Positions 26,700-27,820 of a DNA stretch of 27,820 nucleotides are shown piece by piece. Position 1 is the stretch's first letter. Each line of letters starts with the position of its first letter. The DNA is taken from positions 1 through 27,820 of IMG/VR virus record IMGVR_UViG_3300032265_000727; one strand, written 5' to 3'. Position numbers and translations under genes: made by a program. This DNA comes from a virus (taxonomy: Duplodnaviria > Caudoviricetes). Under the pieces are notes generated by a model. It was not told the origin of the DNA. It saw only the letters and a list, made by a program, of their open reading frames with translations, and ran no database searches.

Positions 26700-27317
26700 T
26701 TATTTTTTTGGATAAAAGAAACCACATCCTCTCAGGTCACCTCTGGATTCTGTTAGTGCAATTTTACTTGTTTCAAAATTATAATTATTTTCTCCATATA
26801 TTTTATCCATATATGGTTTCATATGTTCATAATCCAATTTATGATATTGATTATCAATCTTAAATTCATTAAACTGCCAACCTTCGGTAATTGGGTGACC
26901 CAATTCATTTTTTTCTGGTTTTGGAAATCCACAATCAAAATCATGTATTAAAATTATTGGTTTATATCCAAAATTTGCAACTATTTCTAATTCTTCATAT
27001 ATTGGACAATCTTCAATCCAATGTGCATCCAAATATAATATAAATTTATCATTTTCTATTTCTGTAAAAAATTTAGGCAAACATTCAATCGAAGACCCTT
27101 TTAATATTTTTATATTTGAATAATTTTTAAATAATACATCATATTCTTTAAAATAATCATCATATAATTCGCAAGTATATACCTTTTCAAACCTATCTGC
27201 TAAATATTTCGTTGATTGACCAGTATGTGTACCAGTTTCAATTATTGTTGAATAGTTAAATTTTTCATTTATTCTATTTAAATCCAAAATCATTTGTGGT
27301 TCGTAAAAAAATGACAT
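26700..27317 (-). CDS. Class I SAM-dependent methyltransferase-like protein
   Basis: IIETGTHTGQST (motif I), YTCE, LKGSS, LYLDAH, LIHD: Methyltransf_24-like pattern. Confidence 0.7.
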   Translation of the reverse strand: MSFFYEPQMILDLNRINEKFNYSTIIETGTHTGQSTKYLADRFEKVYTCELYDDYFKEYDVLFKNYSNIKILKGSSIECLPKFFTEIENDKFILYLDAHWIEDCPIYEELEIVANFGYKPIILIHDFDCGFPKPEKNELGHPITEGWQFNEFKIDNQYHKLDYEHMKPYMDKIYGENNYNFETSKIALTESRGDLRGCGFFYPKK

Positions 27318-27319
27318 TA

Positions 27320-27820
27320 TTAGTATGTTTTTGTGTTTTCTTCTTCGTTTCTTATTTTTGCTAATTCTCTAACGGTACCACCTTTTAATTTTAACCAATA
27401 ATTTACTGCTTTGGTATTGTTTATCCACAAATTTCTTTTATTCCATGGAAAATCAGGATGCATATATTCTTCCCATAGTAAATGCGGTAACTTTTCTTCT
27501 ATAATTTCATTATTAGATGTATCATTTCCCATATCATCAATAAACTCAACAGGTGTCTCTTCATTTTTTGCGTCAGTCTCATCTTTTTTGTTTTCGTTAA
27601 TAATATCATCACCATAAACCTCATAATCTTTATAATTTTCTTCCATTAAATCGTCTAAATTATCATATAAACCCATTTTTTGATTATTTTCAACCATTTT
27701 ACCAATAATTTCTTCTTTATCTTTCTTTTTTACACCAATCAATCCGTTAAATGCAATAATCAACGCAACTGCTAACGGGTCAAATACAATTACAATCAAA
27801 AATATGAAAAATTTTACTAC
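27320..27820 (-). CDS. Membrane protein, 5' end truncated by window edge
   Basis: Frame stays open to 27820 (VVKFFIFLIVIVFDPLAVALIIAFN hydrophobic segment), then an acidic tail. Confidence 0.7.
   Translation of the reverse strand, partial: VVKFFIFLIVIVFDPLAVALIIAFNGLIGVKKKDKEEIIGKMVENNQKMGLYDNLDDLMEENYKDYEVYGDDIINENKKDETDAKNEETPVEFIDDMGNDTSNNEIIEEKLPHLLWEEYMHPDFPWNKRNLWINNTKAVNYWLKLKGGTVRELAKIRNEEENTKTY

Noticed and set aside
26644-26727. N-terminal extension of the nucleotidyltransferase in the ORF track
   Set aside because: It overlaps the methyltransferase stop and spans the promoter motif; MKKYALFIGRWQ at 26643 is the natural domain start.
281-27617. All short plus-strand ORFs in the track (e.g. 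811..1161, 11812..12207, 19881..20171) and minus-strand 13424..13627
   Set aside because: They overlap well-supported minus-strand genes and have shadow-like composition with no recognisable motifs.
1-27820. Stop-codon reassignment (code 15 or 4)
   Set aside because: Genes are full length under code 11 with very high coding density; TGA is used as a stop (2759, 17958). I noticed no TAG stops among those checked, but there are no in-frame TAGs either, so there is no positive evidence.
1-27820. tRNA/ncRNA genes, introns, inteins, IS elements
   Set aside because: No intergenic gap exceeds ~75 nt, and no intein, homing-endonuclease or transposase motifs were seen.

Overview
AT-rich fragment of a large tailed dsDNA phage (myovirus type). 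All credible genes are on the minus strand and tightly packed, often with TAATG/ATGA overlaps. In transcription order (right to left): (1) an accessory/regulatory block with a truncated membrane protein, SAM methyltransferase-like protein, HxGH nucleotidyltransferase, DUF2061-like membrane protein, peptide deformylase, gp55-like sigma factor, NodU/CmcH carbamoyltransferase and SGNH-like hydrolase; (2) a ~17 kb baseplate/virion block with a gp5/gpV-like spike, gp25, gp6/baseplate J, a DNRLRE-like protein, a coiled-coil protein, a 1674-aa wedge protein and three tail-collar-like proteins; (3) a replication/recombination block with a T7 endonuclease I-like resolvase, DnaG-like primase and a single-ORF SbcD-SbcC (Mre11-Rad50) fusion that the ORF track missed because it runs off the window. 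Two promoter-like motif classes are visible: TTTG-N20-TATATT (Bacteroidota sigma-A-like, suggesting a Bacteroidota host) and a putative late motif ATATTTATA, whose core is the reverse complement of the T4 late promoter. The most unusual signals are a strong enrichment of [S/T]-G-S tripeptides in virion proteins next to a set of glycan-tailoring-type enzymes (a possible virion modification system) and a deformylase with a SecA-C-terminus-like tail. All calls come from motif recognition by eye; no searches were run.
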